From the NCBI GenBank assembly GCA_028023455.1, contig JAQFVV010000010.1, positions 14,198,001-14,262,000 on the forward strand: a stretch of DNA of 64,000 bases. Reading direction: 5' to 3'. How positions within the stretch are numbered: position 1 is the stretch's first letter; every line of letters starts with the position of its first letter. Source of the stretch: Epiperipatus broadwayi. Lineage: Eukaryota; Animalia; Onychophora. The position numbers were made by a program, and so were the translations under genes. The notes below the pieces were generated by a model. The model saw only the letters and a program-made list of their open reading frames with translations. It ran no database searches and was not told where the DNA came from. This document shows, one piece after another, positions 12,604-25,951 of this stretch.

Positions 12604-15600
12604 GTGAGTTATATTGTACAATTTATTTGTATTTTTTTTAATGTTTTAAAAAACTGATTTAAATATAAAGTAATTGGTTCATAAACAAAAAATATATATT
12701 ATATTAAAAAATATTGTCCATATATTATATATAAAGAAAGAATAATATTTTAATAAATATTTAGGACTATTAGTTTATTTAATTCTTGAATCTGCCTAAT
12801 GCTGTTAAAATCTTTGATATTTATATAAATAGACAAGTCAATATAATAACAAAATGAGACAAAAAGGAATAATTTTTAAGAATCTATGGTTATAAAATCA
12901 ATTTTTTTTTTGTATCTAAGATGGTTATCGCTGCTAAGTCTATCATTTAAAATCCTTAATTTTTAAACAAATTATTTAACTCTATAAAAAGTTATTTCTA
13001 AGCATTGAGATTGAATCTAAGATTATATTGAAATTACATAACCCATGTATACTGATGCTGCCATATCTTCTGTCTTCAGCTCCTGCTGATTCATCATTCC
13101 ACTATTTGGGAAAAAAATAAAAATGTAACAAAAACCAAGCAAAATTGTAATTTTCTGATTCAAATAGAATCTCACTTAATATTCTAAGAATATTTTATCT
13201 TTTGCATTTATCGTCATCAGTTTATTTGCAAGAAGTGTGTATATATATTTAATTTTAATATATGTAATTTAAGAGCTTAAATGCAGTATTATTTATTTTA
13301 TACTACAGTATTAAAAAAAATCTCATTGGCATTGTTTTAATTTAAAGCAGTACAAAAAAAAAGATTACTTCTTACATATTTCAAAACTTTTTTTTATTGG
13401 CTTCACTTTTATATTTCAAGTTTGTTTTTAATTCATCATTGATAAAGTTTGGTGGGATGGGGATTGATAATTCAAAATGAAACACACAAAAAGATTACCT
13501 CTAGACCTTGTAAAAATTTTTTTTAGTAGTCTACAGTGAATCCTTGTGAAAAAATCTGTTAATTTATTAATAAATAGGAAATAAAATATTATCCTATACT
13601 TGTAAAAAAAAAAAAGAAGAGTGCTTTTTGAAAAATTTTGTTTTGATAGGTAAATAAAACAGTTTTATATTTTTCTTAATTATTAAGAATGTGTATACTG
13701 TATTAATTTTTGAATCATGTATTATAATTGTATGTATATTTTACGTACTTCAAACTATTTTTAGAGGGGATTTGAACCCAGACCTTCAAGCTCCCTTCTG
13801 TCAATCACTCATTGTACATATGATCTCATATATGTGAAAAAGATAAATGATTTCCAATATACATATTTTGTGCTGAAACAGCACTCATCAACTGGTCTGG
13901 ATCATCATCTCCCACCACAAATATATATAATCAGTTTATATTAAAACATAAGATTATAAAAAAATAAAGCACAAGCTAATTTCACCATCAGAATTCTAGA
14001 GGTCTTAGAAAATATAGCAGATTCATTGGTTCCATTTTACATTGTATATATAAATACTTTAATTACATAAACTTGAATAAGAGATATATTGCATTAAATA
14101 AATCATTATTAGTGGAAAACAGGTTTATTGTCTCCAAGAGGTTTTTTGACAAAGGATGCTGTAAGATCCAGTGTTGTGAAATCGATTCTTATTAATTTAC
14201 TATTATTTTTCACCATATTCTTTACAATAATTCTTGTTAAAGATTGGATGGAAAATCTTTATATTATAATTTGAATAAATTAAAAAAAAAAAATCTAATT
14301 GTTATTATTTGATGCTATGATTATTTTGAAAAGTGAATTTGGAAAAAAAAAAAAGTAACAAACATTTTTATTTGAATGCACTATTTCTTTATTTTTTGTA
14401 AAAAGTATCAATTATTGAGTTCTTTGATAGAATCCTTAAACAATTTATAACATGAAACAATTTTTAGATTTTATCATTTTTGAATAACAGTTTGATAATA
14501 TTTCAATAAATGTATTCCTACTTACTTGTTTTAAGAGAGATATAGAATATTACATACTTTGCTAAAAATTATGCTTTTATTATATTTATGACTTAATAAA
14601 TATGGATACAATTATAAAAAGTCTGTTAAGTTGTCCAAAGATAGAAGTTATTTTAACTGAAAATTTTGCACATAAATTCTTTTTTTCTTTGATGTGATAA
14701 TTATAGTAGAGTTCTTTTTAACTACATTAATTTAGTGAATAACAAAAATAATTTTGTATGATATCTTTTTAAAGCTATATACTTTTTAAATGTATCGTTT
14801 TATGAAGATTCAGAATTTGGAATGGGACATGACTTATCAATCCACGACAAAAAAAATCATGCTGAATTAATATCAGAATTAAAATATTAGTTGAATTATG
14901 GGAGGAAAAAGTTTACAATTTAAATATAATGTAATTCATAAACTTAATTTTTTTTTAATGATAATTGTCAGTTATTTTAAATTATTTCTGAAAAAAATAA
15001 TCATTTAACTATATTTATCATTTTTATTTATTTGCTTATTGCTGTTCTATTTTGATTGTCTATACTAAGATACTGTGTAGGTGTTGTTCATTGTATCAGA
15101 ATTGATCTGATTTACTTATTATTCTTTATTTTTGACATAAGGTAAATGAGAACTACTTTGCTATTTGTGTTTCTACACTTTGTTTAAATTTATTTGGTAT
15201 AGTTTTTGTTTTGTTTTTAAATTGTTCTGTTTTTTTCTGAAATTCATTTTTTTCTTTTTTTTTAAAAAAAAAAAAAAAAAGTTGAATAATTGTATGTTGT
15301 GATTGATATCTTTTCCCCCATTTTTGTTTTAATATTAGTTTCCACCATTATTCTAAAATATTTTTTTTTACATAATCATTTTTATGTGAATTTAATGAAG
15401 AGTTTAATATCCTTTAAATGTCCATCTTGCATCCGTTATTCTTATAGTCTGAATTTGATGTCTAAATATTTTGTTTCAAATTAATTATGACCAATGAATT
15501 TTGTCTCTTTCCATTTTTAGTTAAATTTTGATGGAACCTTTTTTTTAAAAATTCACTTTTTTAGTAGCATGCCAGGCTATGAAGTTTGTGCTTGCAGTTT

Positions 15601-16029
15601 TTTAATCTTTGTTTGGATAGAAGATACTGCTAGAATAAAATCCTATAGTGAAAGAATAGATATAAACAATTGATTTGCTTTAATAATTGTTTCAATATAG
15701 TATTTGGTTAATTGATTCCATGAGATGTATGGCAAATTTTTTTTTTGTATATGTATTGAAATGTAAAGAAAAAAAGATGAAGAAATGGATTTATTGATTT
15801 GCTTTATACCTTTTTATAAATTAGGTATGAATATATTTTCAGTTGCTGCCATAAAGCAAATAGTGATGATTATAAGGCTTTAACTACCAAGCAATAATAA
15901 TTGATCATTGTTCACCATTGCTTGATACTTTGTTGACACATTTAATTTGGCATTTTAATATTTAGAACCATTTTATAATCTTTAATGGGCCCATTATATC
16001 ATTAAAATGAACATACTAATATAATAATT

Positions 16030-16200
16030 AATCTAAATAAAATTGAAACTAACAACTAATTATATTTACAATTACTTAATTATCAACCTGGCTGTCATCA
16101 TTTCTTATTGAGACCTTTTCAAGATATAAAGTTTTATACATCACATAACCTATTAATTACATTTACTCCACATATTGGACGATATTTTACCTTCAACAAT
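16030..16200 (-). mobile_element. Diverged single copy of the Penelope-like 3' end
   Basis: ttatcaacctggctgtcatc..attgagaccttttcaagatat..tcacataa..actccacatattggac aligns with 34920-35070. Confidence 0.6.
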
Positions 16201-18413
16201 ATAATTAACATTATTATTCATATAAATATATAAATAAATAATAATTTTTTATATTGGATATTTGATCATCGTATATATTTGGATATACTATATTTCGATA
16301 TAAATCATAAATAAATTTATATTTATTAACAAATTTACTTTTGTGAACTCAAGCTTATTATTTATAGTCTTATTACTTTAATCTTTATAGAAGATTGTTG
16401 GGTTTATTTATTAAATTTTTGCATAAGAAATTTACAAATTATCAGAATTAAACTTGAGGAATAGGGAGGAGGGGGCTTTCGTTATCATTATTAAATAGTA
16501 ATATTCTTGGAAATCTTATTATATTTTTACGTTTCTTTACTTCAGAAATAAGTTAATATATGTATACTGATTTTTTTTTTTAATTAATTATTTTTCGGAT
16601 ATGATATGAGTATTTTCTGTTTATATACATATATTATCCATTTGCTTTTTTTTTCAATTCACTATATTTTTGAAAATTTTTTAAAATTCATTTTATTTTA
16701 TGATGCAGTCATTTATTTTGTATCTTAAAGATTAGCTTTGAAGATATTTTGTAAAACAATGGTCAGAAAATTATTTTTCTTTTTATTTCTTTCATTCTTT
16801 CTTGAAAAAAAAATTTTTTTAAAACATATTTTAAGAATAAAAGATAAATTTCTAAAATTACTGGATTGATTCATATTTGAATTAAATACAATTTTGTTAT
16901 TGTTGAAATTATTTTCTCAGTGATTAATGATAATGATCAATATCATGGTCTGGAATTTTTATATATATATATCAATGAAGACTTGGTAGTTTTTTTTCTT
17001 TCAGAATCTGAATAGCTTTATATTTTTTTTACATTATTGTTTTCTTATCTAATAGTTGAAATATCTTTTAAAAATGATTTTTCTCTGGATTCAATAACTT
17101 TGGCCTTTGTCATATGTTTTTAGGATTCATTTATATAAATATGGTCAAAAATCATATTACATTTAAAATGATATGTGCCATCCATTTTTTCAGCTATTAC
17201 ACTTATTTATTTTAGTATGAGATATATTAAAAATGCCCATTGTATTATCCCTTTATGAGTGAATCTTCTAATTTTGATTTTTTGTGCACACCCCTCGTTC
17301 AAATGTCACGATAATGCAATAGTAATTTCAAATTTGGAATGAATTAACATACCCTGAGGAAAAAATACAGTTCAGAGAAGTGGAATTGTAGTATCACGTG
17401 GAAAGGGCTTGTGGATTTTTCCTTTTCATTATATCAATTATATAATGAGAACTTGCTATGTTGTTGTTAAATGTTCAACATCGATTATTTTGAGTAATGA
17501 GGCTGGCTTCATTTTTCAACAGGATTATGCTCATTCACCCAAAGGATCAAAATCAGCAAAATTTTTACAATGATATATTTTCAATAGATTTGATACCCAG
17601 TGATATTTTTTTTTTTGTATTTCACTTAGGATATTGTAGTTATGATATCAGGTTACAGATCAATAAGTTATAGAAGAAACTGAACTATTCTCTTAATGTG
17701 GTTTGAGTAAACATTCTTTACCATACTGAAATCCAGGTTTTGTTCTCATATATTTACTTTTCATGATTCTATGTATGTTTTATATTTAAAATTCTGAATA
17801 AACTTTTCAGTCATTAATCATTACACAAAATTTGACTTTTCTTACCTACAGTTTGATATTGCCTGTTATCAAAACCTTTATAGAGAAAAAAGTACATTTG
17901 TGAACATCATTTATTATTTTACAAAAGTGGTTTAAAATAGCCCAAGAAGTAAGTATGTTCAAAAAGAATGTGTATAGTTAAATTACAGCATTCCAATTGT
18001 GGAAAAGTTAAATGCAATACTTAAATTGATTAATGTGTATTTTATTATGACAAAATATGATTTTAAAGACATTGGGTTGCAAGCTAACATACTTTTATTG
18101 GGGAATATGTAATTAACAGACTTTCTGAAAGGAGTTATAATATATATATAAACATTATTTGAAAAATTTAAAGCAAATTGAAGTGCAAATAATGATTGCA
18201 TGCTTACAGAAATGTTGATACCCATCATAAAAAAGTTATTGTATTTAGAATGATTTTTCAAATAACTGATATCCCATTAAAAAAAAAAAAACTTGTTTGT
18301 TATTTAATTAATTATTATTAGTAGATAGTTTATTGTCATATTTTATTAACTTGGTATGAGTTACAATTTATTTAAATATCTGTAAATAATACATAACTCA
18401 GATTATATGTAAC

Positions 18414-18565
18414 TGAACAGGAAGTAAGTGAAGCTTCTAATGAGTTATATAACATAAATAAACTCTCCAAAAGATACATGATACTACTTGTCTGGTATCA
18501 TCTATCTTTTGGAGAGTTTATTTATCTTATATAACTCATTAGAAGCTTCACTTACTTCCTGTTCA
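18414..18565. repeat. 71-bp near-perfect inverted repeat (hairpin)
   Basis: 18414-18484 is the reverse complement of 18495-18565 with 2 mismatches; 10-nt loop. Confidence 0.9.
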
Positions 18566-19493
18566 ATTTATTTAAATAATATTTTTTTAACTTGTGCATA
18601 CACAGACATTAAAAATAATTATAAACACAATGTAGTAAATAAATTAGAATATATATTTATATTTGAAAATAAAATCAAACTAACAGTTTAGTAAATAAGA
18701 AGCCTTATTGATGCAAGCAATATGCATTATTTTTTTCTGGTACCTATTCATGATTTTTATTTGTTTTCTACAAAATAGTTTTTGATACTAACTTTAAAAA
18801 GCACATTGTAATTAATTTTAAGAAAGATCAAGTCTAATACTAAATCTTACAAAATTTTATGGGAGTAAATGATCTATATTGTATATTAAAATTAATAATA
18901 ACTAAACATTAATATTTACATTTAACAAACTTGATTTTTTTAATTATTACTTAGAAAATTTTTGAATAATTTTGTTATTAAAAATGAATTTAATGTGTAG
19001 TATGTATTTATGATTATATATAATTATTCTAAATATTAACAATTAATAATTATTTAATATCTACTTAAATTTTTAGCATCATAAAAATGCTTTTAAAAAA
19101 ATATATAGAGGTTAGAGGAAGTTTTAATCTAGCAAAATTGTGTTAGTTTTGAATTAAGAAAGAGATAGGAATAGTCAATGTAAACTTTCTTATTGAATCT
19201 TATTTATATTGATTTCTTTTTCTTCTTTTTTTGTGCATGCTTAAAATTTACTTTTAAAATTAATATCACAATTATTACTAATTTTTGTTGTTATTTTAAA
19301 TTATTAATAGATCTATTTTTGTTATCTTTTTAATATATGTATGTTCTAAATTATGCTCGTAATTTTATTTGCACATCTCTAATTATTATGGATATTGAAT
19401 TATTTGATTTTTTTTATTTTAATTGATTAACTGTGTGAAAAAAAATAAATTTCTAATTAATTTTTATTTTGGTTTTTATTTATGCTTGATCAG

Positions 19494-19570
19494 CAACTAA
19501 CAGCACCTTGAGCCTCACTTTAGGACCAGCGCATGGATTTACTCCGAAGACGTTGCCGTTTGACTGCATG
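19494..19570 (+). CDS. Actn: Candidate extra alternative or poison exon upstream of 8a (acceptor at 19494 or 19524)
   Basis: GC-enriched island; ACTAAC branch-point motif at 19496-19501; AG acceptors at 19493 and 19523; ATG|gtaact donor; both forms open in phase 1-0. Confidence 0.35.
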
Positions 19571-20389
19571 GTAACTGTTGTAACCCTACTTTTACAAAGA
19601 TGCCACTACTACATTAATATTGCAGATAGATTATAAAAAAATAATATTTTCAAAATATTTTTTTATTATATATTTGATAAATTTAACATCTTGAGATATC
19701 AAAATCAATTCAGGTGCAATTGTAAATAAAGTATTTGTTCATAAAAGTTTGTTATTAATTTCACTAACTCTTCATTATATTGATGTATCTTTTTTTTCTA
19801 TCATCTAAATTAATTTGAATCAAAAATATAAAATATTACAAATATAAAATCGGTCATTTTGAAACTTTATTTAAATATATATGGTTTTTGTATCATTTGT
19901 TTGATACAAAATTTCATGTGGTCGTCAGCCAGAAGGCAGGTTGGTTTGATTAAACTACATGTATACTACAGCCAAAGGATAACACTTGATCATTATTGAT
20001 GGTAGTTTCCCATAGTTTGCCTAATTTTTAACAGAATTTATATTCTCACATCTCAATTTTATAGATTTTCTTAAATTCTAATGAACCCAAAAATCTAAAA
20101 TAAAAACAATATTAATGAAATGTACAATTTTTTGTTTGTTTGACTAAACATACTAAATTCTAATAATGTTTATGGTACTAACTTAATAGAATATGATAAT
20201 TTCATCCTGTTAATGATTTTTTTTAACTTAATAATCATAATATATTTATATGAGAACTGTGAAGGATCTTTTTACGAGATGCAATAGAAGTAATATATGA
20301 GACAAATTTAAAAGTGGCATATTTGTTTTAGTATGGTTTCAAGAGGACCATCAGTATTAATTATAGAATGATTTTTTTTCCTATTTCAG

Positions 20390-20475
20390 ATATCATTAGT
20401 ACTCCAAAGCCAGATGAGAAGGCTATTATGACCTATGTGTCAAGCTACTATCACGCCTTCCAAGGTGCCCACCAG
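20390..20475 (+). CDS. Actn: Actn mutually exclusive exon 8a-type: (D)[28 protein letters not shown]
   Basis: tttcag| acceptor, CAG|gtaaca donor, 86 nt, phase 1-0; [11 protein letters not shown] motif of the last CH2 helix. Confidence 0.95.
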
Positions 20476-20570
20476 GTAACAAGAAACTCCTGGCCTAGGC
20501 TAGGTTTATATTTTAGCATTTATATGTGTTCTTTTTTCTTTTCTTTTTTTCCATGCTGCATGTTAAACAG

Positions 20571-20656
20571 AAATTGTCCAGACAGCCATGCCAGATGAGC
20601 GGTCCATCATGACGTACGTCTCTTCCTATTATCATGCTTTCTCCGGAGCACAGCAG
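20571..20656 (+). CDS. Actn: Actn mutually exclusive exon 8b-type: (E)[28 protein letters not shown]
   Basis: aaacag| acceptor after a pyrimidine tract, CAG|gtaaaa donor, 86 nt, same phases as 8a, paralogous peptide; missing from the ORF track. Confidence 0.93.
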
Positions 20657-23600
20657 GTAAAAACAGGCACATAGCAGTTAAATGAATCCTTTCTTGGTGG
20701 CTGCTTGCTTCTTAGGAAGGTTTTAAGGTTTTCTATGTATATTTTAACATGGTATTTAGCGTGTAAAGAAATTTTTTTTAGTAATATTTTATAGTAGCAA
20801 ATGTGAGTATATTGCAATTTGAATTCGTATGTTATGATACATATATACTTTTTAAAAAAAAATCTATTAATAAATAAAATCCTTTACCTTATTAGCATGT
20901 TAAAATAATTAACTGATAATATAAAAGCAAATTTAGTCTACATAAATCTAATTTGACTATAGGAAATTTTAAGATGCATTTAATATTATGTTGAAGATAA
21001 TTTGGTCTCTTGTTCAAGTTTCAAGAACTTTGCAAAGATTAAGAATGTTTATTAAAAGTTAACAATTATATTAAATATTATATTGTTGAGATTAATTGCA
21101 TTTTTGGCTGTTAACTATAGAATAGCATGCACTTCCTCCTTAATGGCTGAAAATTGGTAGTTTTGTAAGTTTTGTTCCAACAAATTATAATATTTTGTTT
21201 CTAATTTTGTAATCATTCAAAAAGTTAACAAAAATGGTTAACACAATTGTAGTGGGTAAATGAAGTAGAAGATTCTTTTTTAATGAACATAATTTATGAA
21301 AGCAATTAAATGAGTAAATAATTTTCTTTTTCTTTCAAAATTGGTCCATTAATTCCAGGATATAAAAACTATTATCCATATAGTTATTACTATCATTTTT
21401 TTTTTTTTTTTACAAATCTTGATTATTCTATGAATTAAATTTTTCTATATTCATATATAATCGATGCAATAATTCCATTTACATGTCAACCATATTTTGT
21501 GGTCATTTTCAAGATCTTTTTCACGTTACTTAAAATTCCTCTTGAAGTATTAATAAAAAAAATTAGGGCTGTAAATGTCAATGGCAAATGATATTGAGGA
21601 ATTAATATTCAAAACATTTTCTTTCATTACATTAAAATGACCTATTAAAGACAGAAATAATATTGCAGACATTATGTTTATATAGATAGTTGTACCTATA
21701 TAAGTAAAAAATGCATTAATATATACATATGTTTACGTTTACAGTATTATTTCCATTTTAGTTTTAAAGCTATTAGGGTAAGTTGTTTGAATACTAGTTT
21801 ATTTGTTATTATTATTTATAACTCTACTTTTTTATTACCATTTTGAGAGGAATTTTGAATTATTGGAAATAAACATTTATTACAGCAACATAGAATATGG
21901 TCAAAATAAATAGAATTATAGGATAATATATATATGGATGTAGAGAAATTTGATGCATAGAATAAACAAGATTTATAAAAAAATTGAAGATAATGAATAT
22001 GGAAGTGATAATTTTTATATGGCAGTAAATGATAAATATATTTAATTAACACCTCAATTACTAATATGAATTTAATATGTATAAAAAGTTTTTATAAAAA
22101 TCAGATTTATCACTAACTCTAAGATAACCATTTAAGACACACTTCAAATCAAGATTTTTCTGAATATTCAACCAAGAAAATTTTCAGCCACTTGAAAAAT
22201 CATGGCATAAGAAGGAGACTTTTTATGAGACCCAAAACAATTTTTTTTTTCTAAATCCATCAATAAAGTCAACTAAATTTGATAATTGAAGTCTCATCGA
22301 CAGATTCAGATTCATTCATGATTGCTATTCTTAACTGCTTCATAGATGAAAATTAGAAATCTCTTATGTAACTGTTGTCAAATATCATGACTCACACAGT
22401 TAATGTTTATCCAATCTATGCATACAGTTGATATAACTGAAAGATTTCAATGAAGTCTTTTGGAGAATTCATCTCTTGGTTGAAATCTATAATGCATACA
22501 ACAGGGTTAAAAATAAAAATGAAGGAACATCAGTCTTCTGGGACCACCAATCTGCTATAGGCCATGTATTCGAATCCAGTTCTGCCCAAATAATTTGCAC
22601 AGAGAAGAGTAATGCCAAAAGAAAAGTCAAACAAGCTTTTTACATAGCAAATGATCTCAGGGCCAGAGGCATGCTTTGCTCTCTCCAAACAATGGACTAA
22701 CTAATTAAAAATTCAAACTCATTTGCATATGTGTACAATAAATCGCAACAGTCTTCATTTGTAAAGCTATGAGTATGAGATTTGAACATTAAATATCCAA
22801 AGCGCTAAGCAGACATATTACACATTATAGTATAATTATAGCTTCACTAACTTATGCGAAAAAAGTGGCATATTTATAATTACAATTTTTACTGATGAAG
22901 AGAAAAACAATTTATTACATAAATTCTTTGAAAAGATTTCTGTAGAGTTTTCTATGTTAAAAAAAAATCTCTACATCAAATATGAATTTAATGTTAAAGC
23001 TATACATAACAGCTTAATTTAAGTTTTGAATAGCTATATTAACATCGTCAAAAAAGTTTACCCACAATTGTTTTTGTGTAATTAATAGTTCTTATTATTT
23101 TTTTAAAAAATTAATATTGTATCAACTATATTTAAAATTTCTATTTTTTGCATATGTTGAATGGTGTATTATCCTTATCAGTTCAAAGTTTTTTGTTGCA
23201 TTATTTACGATTTTGATTATGTTTTTTAAATTGGGATTTTTTTATGTGTGGCTATAAAAAAAAATAAAGTCAATTAATTTTGCAAATTAGTTCTAATTTT
23301 GAATTGAATTATTTTTTTAAGCCTCATAATTTTTTTTTTTAAAGGATTATTTAAGAATAAGAAAAGGGGTGAAAGGGTAATACATTGCAATTGTAATAAT
23401 ATTGAAAGGATTTTATAAATTAGCTAATTTGGTGTAGGAAAAAAAAAATCGTAGATTATTCAAATAAAACATTTGTATGTTAATTTGAATTATTATTATT
23501 ATTTTTTTTTTATTGTATAAAAGGTGCAGTTCAAAAATTCTTTTGAAGTGTTTTGAAAAAAAATATATATATATATGAATAATAACAAATATAAAAAGAG

Positions 23601-25951
23601 GAAAGGTAAAGTGCGAATGTAATAAGAAATGAGGAAGATAATTTTTTAATATTTGGATATACACACACACATTCGATGCTTTTATATAAATTTTATTTTC
23701 ATGAGGTAGTAGCCAAAACAAACAACAGCTTTAAAAAAAAAAAATTGGAAAAGATAATTATTTTTTAAAATTATTTTAAAAAGATTTTAGAAATGAATAC
23801 CCATCTGCACCTTTTCATGATAATGAGCTAAACTGGTAGACATACTTTTCGCAGTCCATTCAAGCGTTTAATTTGAAGGTTTAATGATGAATCAGATTTC
23901 ATACTGAGTTTTAAATATATAAAATAGTTACATTAATTGAAAGTTAGACAATGTGCTTATTGGTTTCAAATATGGTTTTAATTTATAAAGCATCAATTTT
24001 TCTTCTCATAATATTAACTTACAAACTATGGAGTAACTAAATGCAAAACACCATAATCATTTTTAAAAATGATGATTCTGTCTTGATTAATTCCTACCAC
24101 AATCAAATAAAATATTTAATAATCTTAACACAACCCACCACTCTATCTCATAACACTGATACACTTGAACACATATATGTTGAAAAGATAAATAATCACC
24201 AATATTCGTATTTCATGCTAAAACAGCAATCATCAGTTGGTCCAGATTACCATCTCCACACATATATGCTATAAGTGCTCAGATATATATATATTAAGAT
24301 AGCCAATCTTCATACTTTAATGGACAGGCTTCAAATCTACTCCACACTCCAACTCTTCAACTGCCCATTCCAATTGAAAATCTGATGCTGGAATGCTCAA
24401 AAGCCGGCCACCCTATATATTACATATATAGACACAGGTATATAATAAGCCTGTGTTTCAGTTAATAATCTTAAGTAATATTTCTGAAATAGTTATATAA
24501 AATGCTGGTCTAAGATTGTTGGGTCAAAAGTTAATATGATTTCCAATTATTAAATCTAAGTGGATAAGTAATTGATTCACAAATTTGAGATTCAAACTGA
24601 GTATATATATATCTATGAAAAACTGCAATAGAGAAAATCATAAATTTTTCATTATGAATAATAAAATTATATGAAGATTTTAATTTCCAAATGAATCTTT
24701 CTACACTTGCACATACACACACACACTCTTTCATCCACAGTCACATATTTATGCATACATAGCCCATTAGCTTTCCTGAATCGTATAAGTATACATTTGA
24801 ACAAATAAATAAATAAATACATTATTCCCAGATCTCTCTTAGGTTAAAATCAGATTACTTTTTTATTTCTTATTATTTGACACAATTTCATTAATTTGAG
24901 TAAAAAACACTTGTTTCTGTGTGTAGCTAAAACTTTTGACTTCATTTGTTTAGTTTTTACTATTATTTATTTATCATAATTTTATTTCATTTTCTCTTTA
25001 TTTTGTCTTCAGCTTTGTGTGCTTGTGCATGTTAGCACATTTTATATTTTGCACTTTAGAACAATTAGCCACGAAGTTTAAATTGTTTGCTCATTTCATT
25101 AATAGTAACTTCATATGAATATAACCTTTTTTTTTTTTATGATAAAGCTATTCTTAAAATTAAATATTCAATATTCTCACGTTTTGGAGTTTAGTTACAT
25201 CAATAATCTGAGCACTTATAGCCAACTTTTTATTTTTAAATGAATTATAGAGATACCATTTTTTGTTGTTAGACTTTCTTCTAGTATTGTATATTTATAA
25301 ATAAATTCCATAAAAATATTACTTTATATATTATTTTTATTAATGTTTGGTCAATTGCTTTGTAAAATTTCCAAAAATATTTTTCTCTGATATTATGTAT
25401 ATAGTTTAACTGTTCACTGTTCTTCTGTAAATTCTTTCTAAAGAGGTTTTTGTTTTTTTGCACATATAAAAATAATTATACATACTTACAAACATTCTCA
25501 TTGTCTTTTTAATGTTTATATTCCGATTCATTTTCAATAAGGAAGGATCCAGTTAAACATTAAGTAATCTTAGAGTGATAACGCTAAAATAGCCATCACA
25601 AGTTAAAGGCCTCTTATAATTGCAAAACTCTGGAAGAGAAGGCATTCCCAGCCTTACCGATGTAGCAGTTTTATATTCTTGGTTTATTCTCCAGCTAAGA
25701 ATAATTAATTTCCGTTTATTGATCAATATTAGATGATTTATTTGGATTGAAAAAAATGCTATAATATCAAGAAAAATCTAGAGCTTTCTAGGATTTGAAT
25801 CAAAGGATATAAATCAATATGTTTTTATTAGCTAATTCACTGTTTTCTAATACACAAACAATCATAGATATATCTACAACACACATGTATAAAAAAATTC
25901 ACATGTATAAAAAAATTATGTGTGAAATAAATATTCACACAAACTAAAGTA

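Noticed and set aside
20368-20598. 76-aa ORF reading through exon 8a into the intron
   Set aside because: Only the 8a part is actinin. The rest is intron and exon 8b read out of frame, so it is not a separate gene or a productive intron-retention isoform.
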